Source: Octopus sinensis (taxonomy: Eukaryota). Taken from it: a stretch of 49,441 bases of DNA. Shown piece by piece: positions 19,956 through 33,280 of this stretch. Below the pieces are notes generated by a model. It had not been told where the DNA came from. It saw only the letters and a program-made list of their open reading frames with translations, and did no database searches. A program made the position numbers and the translations under genes. Position 1 is the first letter of the stretch, and each line of letters opens with the position of its first letter. The stretch is taken from positions 1 to 49,441 of the forward strand of contig NW_021834342.1 in assembly GCF_006345805.1 (NCBI RefSeq). Direction: 5' to 3'.

Positions 19956-22900
19956 CGTAGCGTATGCGCAGTTACCTCCCCTGACGGCGGCTGGCGTCAG
20001 GGGAGGTAACTAATTAGTTGGACAAGAGAGAGTATTACGCAACATTAAGGTTCAGAGGCTCATCTCTTCCTCTTTTTGCATCGGGACGCGAGACTGTAAA
20101 GACATAACCTAGTTGTCTCTCTCACACCACACGCCAGTAGCACATAGGACGCGACGCACAGAAGACCATGGCCTCCACACATCAAACCATTTTCATTTAT
20201 CATTCAGCTTGTATATATACGTGTGGCGACATTAAAGTTACAGCTTTATTTCATATATATTCTATATACCGTATTCCTCTCAAATGATATTACAGCCTTC
20301 TGAGTAGAGTCACATTAAATGGCTCCACAACCTATCCATATAAAATGATGACCCCGGCGTGGATTACATCACATTAGTCATCTAAAATGGTGACCCGACG
20401 CAGCACACACCACAATTCCTTCTAAAATGGTGAATCCCAGACGAATTCTGACCAGTGAATATGTATTTTTTTTTTACTCCTTCGCGACTTCGGCTGTCAC
20501 CAGACCGCCGCCATTCCTTATATAGGTACATACCACTGATGTCTCTCGTCGCTATATTGTCTTCTTCACCAGAAATGTTTTGGTGCCATTTTCAAGCGGG
20601 AAACTGCTAATCATTTTTCTTTGTGTTGTAACTGAATTTACAACTTGTTCCTTTGAAGACAGGGCGTTCTAGGGGAATATTCGGCACGAATATTCTTCTT
20701 GCTTGTAAAAAAAGAAAAAAAAATTATCCGGAATTTTCTCCAGAATTCCCATGGACAGCAAACTTTCCCTACATGCCGGATTATCCACGTGTTGGCCATG
20801 TTTTGTTCTTTATCTGTTGGCAAGGATTTCTATTTTCATCTTCTACTACTGGAAAAATATTTTCCTAGTTCGCTACTCACCGTGTCTTCTTTCAACTAGC
20901 ATGTTTTGACTGCTATTTCTAACGGCGTTTCTTTCATTCAGCTTGTTCTTCATGGCATTGCGTTTTCCAATTATCGTCCAAGATGAGTCATGTTCCTTTG
21001 CTTCAATATCATGGAGATGCTAAGATGTAGTTTTCACAACTGGAATCGTTCTTCATTTCTTCTAATATTCAGTCGGCCCAGAGCAAACTCCATATCGTTT
21101 CTCCCCTCGCACTTTCAGTTCGAGATATGATAACAGAAGCGCCATCAGATATGACGTACAAAACCTTTAAAGCTGAGGTTCTTCGACTGAGAGTAAATTT
21201 CGCACACTCTTGCAGGATAAGCATCTCGGGGACCGAACCCTCACCTAGTTTTTGCAACGAATCCGGGAGTTGTTCGATAGCTCATATGAGGGACAGGCAC
21301 TTATCAAACACTTATTTTTCTCGAGGATATCTTCTAATGTCCAGTTGATTGGACATTATGATGGAACATACAGTCCTTGACAGTATGATGGAACATAGTC
21401 CTTCAACAACTCGCCGCCTCCACAGACAGAATTATGGAATTCTCCAGCACACCTTCATTCATCGATAATGTCGCTTCGTCTTCCTCTTGAGTTTCTACTA
21501 TTTCTGCTTCGGACACACAATTCTCCGAAATTTTACAGGCCATTAGAGAACTAAACCGTCAGGTTTCATGCATGTGCAGGAACCGTTCATCTTCAAGGGA
21601 TCATTCTGAAGGGAGGACCAGGCGCCGCTCCTTCTCGCGTGCACGCGCACTTCTTGCCCCATCAATCTGCTGGTACCACAAGAAATTCAAGGACCAGGCC
21701 GACAAGTGTACACTTGTCTCTTACTCTCCTCAGGGAGGCACTAGGCACGTCAGTCGTCTCCCCCATCAATTCACCTTAACGTACATTTTTTTTACGTTAA
21801 TGCCAATTATTCAGTGTCCTTTATGGTGGACACAAGTGCCAGCTTAAGTATCTGGCCTCGAAAGGTTTACGTCCACCAATCCTGGTCTTTCTGACATCTC
21901 CCACTACGCGGTGAATTACTCCGCCATCAAAGCCTACAACATATCTCTCTTATCGTCATTCCGTAGGGATTTCAAGTGGATCTTCATCATTGCAGACCTG
22001 CCCAATCCCATTCTTGGTGCTGATTTCTTACACCCCTATTATCTCATTGTGGACGTTAGAGGACGTCGACTCATTGATGACACAACTTCACTCGCTGTCT
22101 CCGGAAAGGATTCTTCTGTCCCCATTGTGAGCTCTTCTTTCTTCGTGGCCGCTTCGGGTGACTCCTGTTATATAATCATCACAACAAACATGAACAATCA
22201 ACGTCGCCCATTGTCTCCCTTGATAAAAGGACTTTCACTTTGTTTCCCGCCAAAACAATTAACTTGTACAACAACGGCAGTCGAATAAAGTATCTCGTAT
22301 CGTTAACACGTTGTTTCAGTCTCTCTCATTTTCTTAATCTTTCATACTAAGTACTCACTACTTCCTTTAATACTCAATACATATATATATATAACAACAA
22401 CAACTCCTACCAACAGTTACTCGCTTTGTTTCCAGAGTTGACTGATTTGTCATTTCATCCGTCGAATCCAGCCATTCCACGAGACATTTCATCACGACCA
22501 AGGGACCTCCATTTTTTTTCCCGACCGCGCCGTTTGTCTCCAGAGAGACTCCAGATCGCCCGGGCTGAATTCGAACACATGCTCCAGTTAGGCCTTATTC
22601 GTCCCTCCACGTACCCGTGGGCAGCGCCTTTACACGTGGCCAGGAAGAATGATGTTGATTTTCGACCGTTTGGAGATTTTAGACGTCTTAACACTGTCAC
22701 TGCCGCAGATCGCTATCCCCTTCCAAATGTGCAGGATTTTTTGTCTGCCTTGCACGGCTGTAAGATTTTTTTCTAAAATCGACTTGGTACGCGCGTACCA
22801 CCAAATCCCTGTCAACCCCAACGACATTCCAAAGACAGCTGTCACCACACCTTTTGGAGCGTTTTGAATTCTTGTCCGTGCCGTTTAGACTTCGTAATGC

Positions 22901-25322
22901 GGCCAGTACATTCCAAAGGTTTATTGATGAGGTCGTTCGTGGTATTCGTCCACTTCCCTCTAAAATGGAAGCCATCAGACGTTTGTCTCCTCCTCAGAAA
23001 TTTTATTAGTTTACTTAATTATTATTGTCGTTTACTTAATTATTATTGTCGTTTTATTCCTAACTGTGCGGAGAAGTTGCTTCCCTTGACCCAGCCCTTG
23101 AAAGATCAACGGAAAGAAAAAAGACTCCCATATAACGCTGTCTACTATAGCCATCCAAACTTTTGAATCTGTCAGATCTGACCTTGCTCAAGCATCTTCC
23201 TCGCTCATCCTATTGCAGATGCAAAATTATCACTTACTGTTGACGCGTCATCATCGGCTGTTGCCGCAGTTTTAGAGCAATCCGTCAGTAACCGAAGCCA
23301 GCTATTAACCTTCTTCTCTTGCCAGCTGAAAAATGTCGAATTGAGATACAGTGTGTTTGGTAAAGAACCCTTAGCAATTTACCTGGCGGTGAAACATTTC
23401 TCTTATCTTTTCGAAGGTAGAGATTTCACTATTTTCACCGACCACAAACCGCTAACGTTCGCTCGCTTTGCCAAAACGACCGGTACACGCCCAGAGAAAC
23501 AAGACATTTAGACTACATATCATAGTTCAGTAGTGACATTTACCACATCACTGGCACTGACAACATCCCCGTCGACGCCTTATCTCGCCTGCCTATCGGT
23601 GCATTGTTGTCTCCTGCTTCGCTATGGCTACTAACCAACCCTCCTTGTACTTTCTGGACGTCTCTTCGCCACAGTTTCGTGCTACAAGCTTGAACACTTG
23701 CCGCCGCCTTTTTCTGAAGGAACCCCTCGTTCCTGAAAACACCATCGTGCTGTTTTTCAAGCACTGCATTCACTGTCACACCCCGGCATTGTAAAGCTTA
23801 TCTCGGCCCGCTTTTTCTGGCCGAATATGCGTCGGTCTCTTACTACTTGGGCACGTATCTGTCTTGCATATCAGCGTTCCAAGGTGCTACTTCACGTGAG
23901 AGCACCTCTTGGATACTTCCGGTCATTGGATACCAGGTTCCGTCACATACACATCTACATGGTTGGTCCTTGGCTGGTCAGTTGCGGATTTACTTATATA
24001 TTGACCTGCATCGACCGCTTCTCCAGATGGCCTGAAGCCATCCCCCTTGTCGACATTTCCGTGGAAACAGTCGCCATAGCACTCATCTCCCGGTGGATAA
24101 CTTGCTTCGGAGTACCCTCTAGAATTACTACTAATCGTGGACGCCAATTTGGAGCTTGGATTTAGGCTACTCCTCCGCTGAGCTCCTGTATGGCGTCAAC
24201 TTAGCACTAGACAAATGTTGGCACCAGTCGACTTACCGAATGCGCATCCCACATCTTACGTCACGCGACTCACATCATTCTTTGCTGACCTGCCACCGAT
24301 GCTTCCTCGTGACCAGTCTATTTCTTCTATAGTACCTCCGGATATTTCTACTTGGACTCACGTGTTTGTAAGAAATGAAGCCGTCAATTGACCGCTCACA
24401 CTTTCCTACACTGGTCCCTATGGACATTTATGAAAAAAAAAGAGACTGTTTCTATCGACAGAGTAAAAAAGACTCTATAAACAGAGTAAAAAAAAAGCGC
24501 CTTTCCGAAACATTCATGCCACTTGCTGACACACCCATCATTCCACAAACACAGCTACCACCTCCGCTCACCAAAACACCAACTACACAAACGCATTCTC
24601 CACCTTACAGGACAGGTTCTGGCAGATCGGTTCATTGGACGAAAAAATTGTCTCAGACTATTTACATTTTTTAAGTTTGCCTCGCCAGTGTCTGTTCCAG
24701 AGAATAGATTCATGTTGCTATAGATACCGCATTCACATTTTCTCTCTTTCTGTAGCACTGTACATATATGCTTTGGTCTATTTGATTGGACATCTGTCCT
24801 TGCTGAACGTTTTCTTTGTATATACTTGCATTGTATTTTTTTCAGTTTCATTTGTTCATACAACTGTTTTACCATGGTTCGTTCTTTTGTGCCCTCCTAG
24901 TGTACACCCCGCTTACACTACTTTTAATCGACCGCTTCCGGTCTAAGGAGGGCTCTGTAGGCGCAGTTACCTCCCCTGACAGCGGACAATAGAGGGCATT
25001 ACGCAACATTAAGGTTCAGATTTCCTCTTTTTGCATTGGGACGCGAGACTGTAAAGACATAACCTAGCTGTCTCTCTCACACCACACGCCAGCTATCAGA
25101 CAGGAAGCAATCCACAGGAGAAGACCATGGCCTCCACGCATCAAACCATTTTCATTTATCTTTCAGCTTGTATATATACGTATGACCACATTAAAGACAT
25201 TTAAAGTTACAGCCTTGTTTCATATATATTCGTTATACCGTGTTCCTGTCAAATGATATTACAGCCTTCTGAGTAGAATCACATTAGATGGCTCCACAGC
25301 CTATTCATCTAAAATGGTAACA
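19956..25322 (+). mobile_element. Old CsRN1-clade Ty3/Gypsy provirus with two diverged LTRs (about 19956-20345 and 24956-25322)
   Basis: CHCC gag motif CWYHKKFKDQADKC, protease near 21830, RT ([16 protein letters not shown]), integrase ([13 protein letters not shown]), PPT AAGGAGGGCTC before TGTAG at 24956, tRNA-Trp-like PBS. TSD not found. Confidence 0.9.
22166..22402 (+). mobile_element. Solo LTR nested in pol of the old provirus
   Basis: TGTTAT...ACAACA with internal AATAAA. 5-bp TSD ACTCC (22161-22165, 22403-22407). Removing it restores GDSYQQLLALFPEL. Confidence 0.85.
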
Positions 25323-25619
25323 AGCTGTTAATGCCTAGCTGTCTGTTGATTGACTAAAATTACCCTAATATCCCAACTTTAATTCCAATTAACATCAGAT
25401 TCTTTAATTTACGAGCTAAAGTAATTGGTTGATCGTAATCAAAATTCAGAGTTGCATTGATACACCAAAATTGAAAGCAATCGGAACAAAATTAAAGGGG
25501 GCTTATTTTGAGAATGAGAAAGACTAGATCCATTTTTAAAACTGAAAACGTAAATTAGAAATGCATTAAATCAATTTCTTGAACAAATCACAATTTTGAT
25601 ATCTCTTGTGCCACATAAA

Positions 25620-26100
25620 TTCATAGAGATATGAATCTACCATAGAACGTGAGTGCCACAGCATCGTTTATTACCTCGCTTATAGAAGCCCATGTACTCT
25701 CCACTTGTTGAGTGTGGGTACCATCTTTCGAGTTAACAAACCTAACGATGTGGTTCACTGTTCTATGTTCAAAATTGTAACCATCGATTTCAGGAATGTG
25801 AGCGTATGTCCTCCACAAATCACTGAAAATTGTGATTCCTGGAATAATCGAGTAACGTATGCCTTCATCCAGTGTGTCATGATTCCAACATGGTACTGCA
25901 TACAGAAAAACCTGTTTGGTCTCGTGACACACTGCTCAGGTAAGACCCATCTTCGGTTGTACTTACATCTTGAGAACTGTTTTGTCGATCTCAACAATCT
26001 TCCCAAGACCACCAACTTGAATTGGATGATGAAGTAAGTCTTCCGCCCATATTTCCCTAACATCCCTGTGAATTTTCCGAAACTCCTCTCCCCAACCCCT
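25620..26100 (-). mobile_element. Merlin (IS1016/IS1595-like) transposase relic
   Basis: GGLGKIVEIDK...KYNR, IIPGITIFSDLWRTY and EHRTVNH...HTQQVESTW. Confidence 0.85.
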
Positions 26101-26789
26101 CGAAAAAGCTTTTCCAACAAATCTTTACATACACTGAATCTACAGGATATAAGCTATTATTTGGTAAAAGTTTTGTCTAAAAGTATCCATTTTTCTCGCA
26201 GTTATGAGGCAACAAAGTCGGTGGGGTATTGAACTGTAGTTATGCCTTTTTTCAATAAAAGTGAATGTTAATGGATTAACGATTAACGGAGTTAACTTTT
26301 CGATTAACAGTGCTAACCTCTGTGTATATAGTATTTTGCGAGTGGGGTGAATTTTCATCACTAGCTGCTGATTAACATACGCTGAGGACGGGTAACCACC
26401 CAGAAACTCGAACCCGTATGTATCATGTTAGGCTAGGGATGGGATCGGACGCAGAATGGTCCGTTCACAACTGATGGTACCTCTCTCTAACTCGAGATGT
26501 CACTGACTAACTGATTTTTGCTTGGGGTTTCTTGTTTTTATAACTATCTAGAAGGATAGACATATCGTTGAGAACAATGGATTTCGTTGGTGGTACTTTT
26601 TATCTTAATTCTAGCTTTTAGTGAAGTAGAAGAGTAAAGTGGTGAAGACATTATTTCGCTTAGCATCTGGCAAATGTAAACTGCTGTCAAAGAAAAACTA
26701 TTGTTTTTCCATGAGAAAAGTTCTGTTGAAGTGTTAATTTAAATTTGGCTATGGTGGATCGAATCCACTTCATGCCTATATACTCCTTT

Positions 26790-27640
26790 TTATAATGAAT
26801 AATTTATATCCTCATGTGAACAACATTACACATCAGCAACTTTCTGTCTTTATGATCACGACAGCGGAATACATTAATTGGATGAAAGTACATGGCCTCT
26901 TCAATCATCCTTTCAACTGTCTTGTATGTGATCGGCCGATGAGAGAAATTATAGACAACAAATTGACAGATGGCATTATTTGGTCGTGTGGAAGACTATG
27001 GAGAAAAAATTTTACATTCATAAAGATATCTTCCTTGAAAGTAGCAATTTAAGGTGTCACCAAGTAATTGATTTGCTATATTTTGGGGTCCACAGATGTT
27101 TAGGATTGGAAATTGCACATGAATGTGACATTGCAAAGGAAGCCTTGGCGGATTGATACAATTTTTGCCGTGACATATACCCAAAACATACAGCTAGGAG
27201 AAGGGGGCAAACAGAATTGTGGAATTGATGAAAGCGTGTTTGTCAAACGAAAGTATCATGTGGGACATGTGGTAAAAACGCAGTGGGCATTCGGAGCAAT
27301 AGAAAAAGACACCAGAAAGTCTCTTAGTGGCAGTGAAAGACCGTACAGCTGACACACTTCTTGCCGTTATACAGGATTATATCTTACCCGCAACCACAAT
27401 CATTTCAGTGCTTTAGTGTACATATGATTGGTTATGAACATTTAAGGATCAGTGATTCTGTTAATTTTGTTGATCCTGTGACTTTTGCTACAAGTAATCA
27501 CGTTGAATCTTTGTGAAAGCATGCAAAAAACAGAAACGAAAGAGAAAATGGAACTGCTCGAAGTTTATTGGATTCACACATCATGGAGCCATAAATTCAA
27601 AAATGAAGCCAACCAAAAATTGTTGGAGCGTATTCGTATA
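26790..27640 (+). mobile_element. Second Merlin transposase relic
   Basis: N-terminal CLVCDRPM, IDESVFVKRKYHVGHVVKTQWAFGAIEK, ADTLLAVIQDYILP and NHVES. Confidence 0.85.
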
Positions 27641-29050
27641 AATATCCTTGACTTCATATCACAGTACACAACAAATATACACCACATCAAAGGGTCGACC
27701 AACTCAGCAGCCGATGCACTTTCATGCACACAGATCAATGCAATCCACACCACTGCTACAATTGATCTTGCATGTATAGCAGCTGACCAGGAGAATGACG
27801 AAGAACTTCTAAAGCCCCGAAATTCGTCATCTCTTAAATTTCAGCAAGTTCTGCTACCATCATCCATGGCTCATATTTGGTGTGATATCTCCACCGGTCA
27901 CCAACACCCTTATGTACCACAGAAAAATCAGCGGGAAGTATTTTCTACCCTGCATTCTCTGTCACATCCTGGTATTCATTCCACTCAAAAGCTGATGTTG
28001 ACCCGTTTTGTGTGGACTAGTATCAACAAGGATATCAGAGAATGGACCAAGTGCTGTATTGTGTGCCAAAAAGCGAAAATCTCCCAACACATAAAATCAC
28101 CAATCGGTTCCTTTTCACAACCCGACACATGATTTCAGCACATGCACATTGACATTGTGGGATTCCTACCACCTTCACAGAATTGTACACATCTGTGTGG
28201 ATCGTTTTTTGCAGTGGCCCAAAGCTTGGCCCTTATCTGATACTTCGGCAGAAACAGTCGCCACGACACTGATATCCCAATGGGTTTCGTGTTTTGCCAT
28301 ACCCACAACTATCACCACCGACAGAGGACATCAGTTCGATTCCCACCTCTTCACTGAGATGACTCGTCTCCTTGGGTGCAAACACACCCACACTACAGCT
28401 TACCAGCCTGTAGCAAATGGCATGGTTGAATGCTTTCACCGCCAACCCAAGGCAGCTATAAAAGCATCTTCAGACTGTTCTAACTGGTTGGAACATCTCC
28501 CTCACATCATCCTTGGTATTTGATCCACAGTTAAGGAAGAAGGTGAATATACTCTGGCTAAACTCGTCTATGGCACAGCACTCACCTTACCTGGGCAGAT
28601 GATTGAACCTATTTCACCACAAGACCTTCCTGACTCAGCAAAATATGTGCACCGATTACGGACATCCATGTATTTGTCCCCTGCAGCCCCCAGACAACAG
28701 AACGTCATTTCACATGTCCCAAAGGACATCAGTACTTAGACTCATGTTTTTGTGAGAAATGATGAGATACCATCTCAACTTTGGCCATCATATTCCGGGC
28801 CCTATAAAGTAATTAAAAAAGAACCAAAGTATTTCGTTCTCGATATTGGGGGTAAATGAAATACTGTATCAGTTGATCATTTTAAAAAAGCCTACATCGA
28901 GGAGGACTTGCTTTCAGTTCCCTCCATTCTTCAAATGGACTCAACAACTCCAGCTAACATCTCAGATTCTGCACAATCCTGGCACACCAAATCGGGAAGA
29001 ACAGTTCAATGGCCCGCAAGGTTTGTTCAAATCTTTCGGGTAAGTTCAAG
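27640..29050 (+). mobile_element. CsRN1-like Gypsy integrase fragment
   Basis: LDFISQYTTNIHHIKG, HSLSHPG..T..L...FVW, CIVCQKAK, TTDRGHQF, and a C-terminal SGRTVQWP like the other two proviruses. Confidence 0.88.
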
Positions 29051-29899
29051 CTTTTAAGTTAACCATCTTCTCAAATGAAATGCCTACATCAACATATAAC
29101 CCAAATGACTGCATCACCCACATACAAACCAAAAGAAACAATGAACATTTTGTATAAAAAAAAAAAGAAAAAAAAATGTTCTACATCTACAAAAATCATT
29201 TTTATAAACATTGACTGAACATTTTACAAACGAACTTTTCTACAAACATTTAAAATTTTTCTGTCATTTCCTTGCATGCACATACATTTTGCTTTCTTTT
29301 AAAAATGTTTTTCCTTCTTTTAAATATTTTGCTCCCTGTATGCTTACACACACTCGCAACACTCACATTCTCATGTGTGCTATCACTGGATCTTTTGTGC
29401 CACTGAAAGACACCTTGCCTCTATTAGACCTCTAGTGGGTCGAGTAATCAATAGATGCACATCTTTTTCAACACGCCATGTTTCTGCCTGGGCACATATG
29501 CATTGCTTACCATATTGCACACACTAACAGTGAATTTTTTTGCTTCATATTTTTATACTTTTGTTTCTTTCACGTTCCATGTTTTTGGCATATCTTCATT
29601 TGTCTGTTACACTGTATAATTTTTTTTTCAGCATACACACAAAATAACATTTCTAATATCATTTGATCTCTCTGGCTTTCTCACTGTGGTAGTGTAAAAA
29701 TTAACACTTCATTCTCCAAGCTTAGATTCGAAACTGAATCTAAGGATTCTTGCTCATCCAAACCACGGAAATCAACAAGCTTGAAAAAAGGTTTCCTTTG
29801 TCCTGTCAAAAAATGATAAATCATTTCCCTTTGACCTACGACCTCAGCCATGTCAGGCGAAGTTCAAATGGACAGGAGCTGACAGGTGGTCAGATCTAT

Positions 29900-30770
29900 C
29901 TCAATGCCATAGCAACCAACCTCACATGATCTCACCATCTTGCTCAGTTTTGGGAGTCTTCTTTTCTTCAGCCAACCCTCCCAATCTCTTCCCCCACCTG
30001 TCCCCTCCACATTTTCCTCATTCTATCTTGCTTTCACTGTCCATTTACCTCAGACTATGGCACCATCTTCAGAACATGCTCCTCATCCCTCCTCGATACA
30101 TGCCCATACCACCGCACTCCATTCGCCCTTGCCAGCTGTTCCACTTATTCCTCCAACCCCAGCATCCCCATCAAGTCCTCAGTCCTCCCTTTATCAAACA
30201 GCTTCATGCCACACATTTCTCTCACCATTGCTCTCTCAGTCCTTCTCAAAATTGCTTTCTCTCTCAAATACCATGTCTCTCTCCCATAGATCATTGCAGC
30301 TCTCACACAACTCTTATAGACCTTTCTTTTCATCTTCATTGAGAACCTTTTCCCATATAATAATGCTCCACATTCCCTGAACTTCACCCAACCAAGTCTC
30401 GCACTTGCTGTCACATGTGCTTTACATCCACCTTATCTCCCAAATAACAAAACCCTCTCACCATCTCCACCTCGTCACATAGTGTTTCCACTGACTTCAT
30501 GAGCCCTCCAGCTCCTTTATCACATCTTCTACTAAAAAACTCTTTTGCCAGTTTGGGGGGTCACCTTCTTCATTTTTGTACATCTACCATGAATCTATTT
30601 CTCACATCTCATACACAAAACTGCATTTACTATTACCCCCCCCTCTCACACACACCACATGGATCCACCTTACTCGCTAACTCTCCTCCTTCCACCCCAC
30701 TCACCTCACCTTTGTCTTCCCGAGGTTTACCGTCAAACCCTTGCTTTCAAATATCTCCCAATTGATTTTA
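29900..30770 (-). mobile_element. Degenerate RTE LINE RT fragment with PHD-like insert
   Basis: ESKGLTVNLGKTKV, DPCGVCERG, FCYLGD, GWVKFRECG and AMIYGRETW. Confidence 0.85.
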
Positions 30771-31327
30771 ATTGCATAGTGCCAAAAAATTGGACAAAAT
30801 TGGTCCAAAATTATTTTCATAAACTATTCCCCTCCCCTTCATTTGCAAGAGAGTGGTGAAAAACAAATTTGAAAAATCCCCATCAAAATGGAGAAAGTAC
30901 AACTTATGTGGGTGTGCTATTCCAAAAATCTACCAAGACATTCTATTGTGAAAATTACCCAACAATGATGAGATACTCAGCTAGTAAATATATATATTTA
31001 TATTTATATACTAGCTTTTAAGCAACTGATCCTGAATAGGAAGATCTGCAAACAGATCTCTGGCTTGTTTTAAAGAACTTGTTGCAATTGCTTCTTCCAG
31101 AGTCATATCCCGATGATGATCATATTCGTTGCAAAAAATTGTGAAACAAAAATCACAGTAATAAAAACATTGGAATCCAGGATTGCAGGTCTGGATTTGT
31201 CCTAGAATGTTTTTAATTTACTTATGGAGTTAGCCTTTACATTATAAAATTTGTTAGCTTACAAAAAAAGTTGTCGCAAAAAGTAACATAAAAAAATCTC
31301 CAGAAACAATCACAGTAATGAAAAGTC

Positions 31328-31575
31328 TGTTTTGCTGCACCGCTAAGTTACAGGAATGTAATCACACAACACCGACTGTCAAGCTGTGGCAGGAGACAAA
31401 CACAGACAGACACACACACGACAGGTTTCTTTCAGTTTCTGTCTACCAAATCCACTCACAAGGCTTTGGTCAGCCTGAAGCTAGAAGACACTTGACCAAT
31501 GTGTCACAATGTGGGACTGAACCCAGAACCATGTGGTTGGGAAGCAAGCTACTTACCACACAGCCACACCTGCAC
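31328..31575 (-). mobile_element. tRNA-derived SINE, partial
   Basis: Matches the family at 32886-33283. Confidence 0.85.
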
Positions 31576-31814
31576 AGCATTTTCTTTCAATATCCACATA
31601 TGCTGAGCTAAGAATGTTACATTTTGCCTTTCCTGAATGTTAAGTGAATCCATTGCTTCATTTTTTCATTTGATGCCACAAAACAGGCCAAAATTAATTT
31701 TGTTGTGGCTGAAATACCTAATTGAAGTAAATCATGAGAGGCCAAAAAAACAATCCATCTACAATTTTCCAAAGCAAAAAAAAAAATAAAGCAAGAAAAA
31801 TAAGAAAATCCAGA

Positions 31815-32030
31815 TGTGAGATGCTAGAATGTAGTGGCAGTAGATGAAAATTTAGACAAGATGACTCTGAATTTTGGAGTTGCAATAATTGCTCATGGTT
31901 TTTCTGATCTGTAGCAATTCCTTCTAAATTAATAGTATCACCTAAGTGCAAAGTATTGATATGAAATATAATCAAGGTGCCTAATGTCACTTGGGGAATA
32001 TTTATATGCTTTGAATTGTAACACATAGGT
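31815..32030 (-). mobile_element. Small CsRN1-like Gypsy RH-IN linker relic
   Basis: INTLHLGDTINLEGIATDQKNHEQLLQLQNSESSCLNF aligns by eye with INAIHTTATIDLACIAADQENDEELLKPRNSSSLKF of the 27.7-kb fragment. Confidence 0.55.
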
Positions 32031-32460
32031 TAATGGTCTATGATCCATATAAATGGCAAAGGTTCTTCCTTCCAAGAAATGTTGAAAATGCTTCACTGAC
32101 AAATAAGTGGCTAACAACTCTTGTTAGAAAATATTCTATCTTGCTTTGGCTGATTGAAATACTTAAAAAAAAAAAAAATTTTTTTGCTATAAATTAATAA
32201 ATAAAAAGTTAATAGCTTTTAAAGTTTACAAATTTCAGGTAAATTTTGCCAGTCAAAAGCCACAGACACATTGGTGCTTGTTTCATAGTAACAAGCCAAG
32301 GTACAGTCTGTTTTAGCCAATTGAATGCCACATTTATACTTGGGGAACCTAAACCTTGGTACATGTAATGGCCATGAAATGCCATCCCTGTTTTCCCAAA
32401 TGAAGAACAGCATCAATTATATGAGTTAGAATCATCTTGTTTTCTCTTTCTTTTTCACAG

Positions 32461-32507
32461 TTACAAGGCCAGGCAAGACAGTTCTGTTGTTGAACAAATG
32501 AAGTTTG
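32461..32507 (+). other. Candidate 47-nt internal exon of an unidentified plus-strand transcript
   Basis: Long pyrimidine tract TTTTCTCTTTCTTTTTCACAG| and donor TG|GTAAGA. One open frame (YKARQDSSVVEQMKF). Not recognised as any protein. Confidence 0.35.
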
Positions 32508-32885
32508 GTAAGAAAAAGATCTTTCCTGTGCTTTTTTTGTGAGTGAACCTCAGCCCATTTGTGTTTCAAGTGCTTCATTATAACAGCAGGAAAACATGCA
32601 GCACACTCAGAACTTACCCTGTGTTGGATCTTGAGCCTACAGTGGATTGTGGACTGCATGCTGGAGTATACTTTTGTGTGATTTTACATATATGTTTGAG
32701 TATATTTGTTTACACTTGTGGACGTATGAGTAACTGGAAGGACAAATCAGTATATACTTTAGTAAGTACATAAGTGTCTGTAGACACTGTTGATATATGG
32801 GTATGCTGCCTTTGACTCTACGTTAGTATCTGTTATTAAAATACTTCCATTCTATTGAACCCTGCTAATAACTATATATATATAC

Positions 32886-33280
32886 TCTTTTACTCTTTTA
32901 CTTGTTTCAGTCATTTGACTGCGGCTATGCTGGAGCACCACCTTTAATCGAGCAACTCGACCCCAGGACTTATTCTTTGTAAGCCCAGTACTTATTCTAT
33001 CGGTTTCTTTTGCCGAACCGCTAAGTTACGGGGACATAAACACACCAGCATCAGTTGTTGGAGGGGACAAACACAGACACACAAACACACATGCACATAT
33101 ATATATATATACATATATACGACGGGTTTCTTTCAGTTTCCGTCTACCAAATCCACTCACAAGGCTTTGGTCAGCCCGAGGCTATAGTAGTAGACACTTG
33201 CCCAAGGTGCCATGCAGTGGGACTGAACCCGGAACCATGTGGTTGGTAAGCAAGCTACTTACCACATAGCCACTCCTGCG

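Noticed and set aside
20341-20445. Short repeats with ~40-bp spacing resembling a CRISPR-like array
   Set aside because: Eukaryotic context, only three degenerate units, and explained as PBS duplications.
27485-28132. 215-aa ORF appearing to fuse a Merlin C-terminus to Gypsy integrase
   Set aside because: Both parents are riddled with stops on either side, so this is most simply a chance open frame across a deletion junction.
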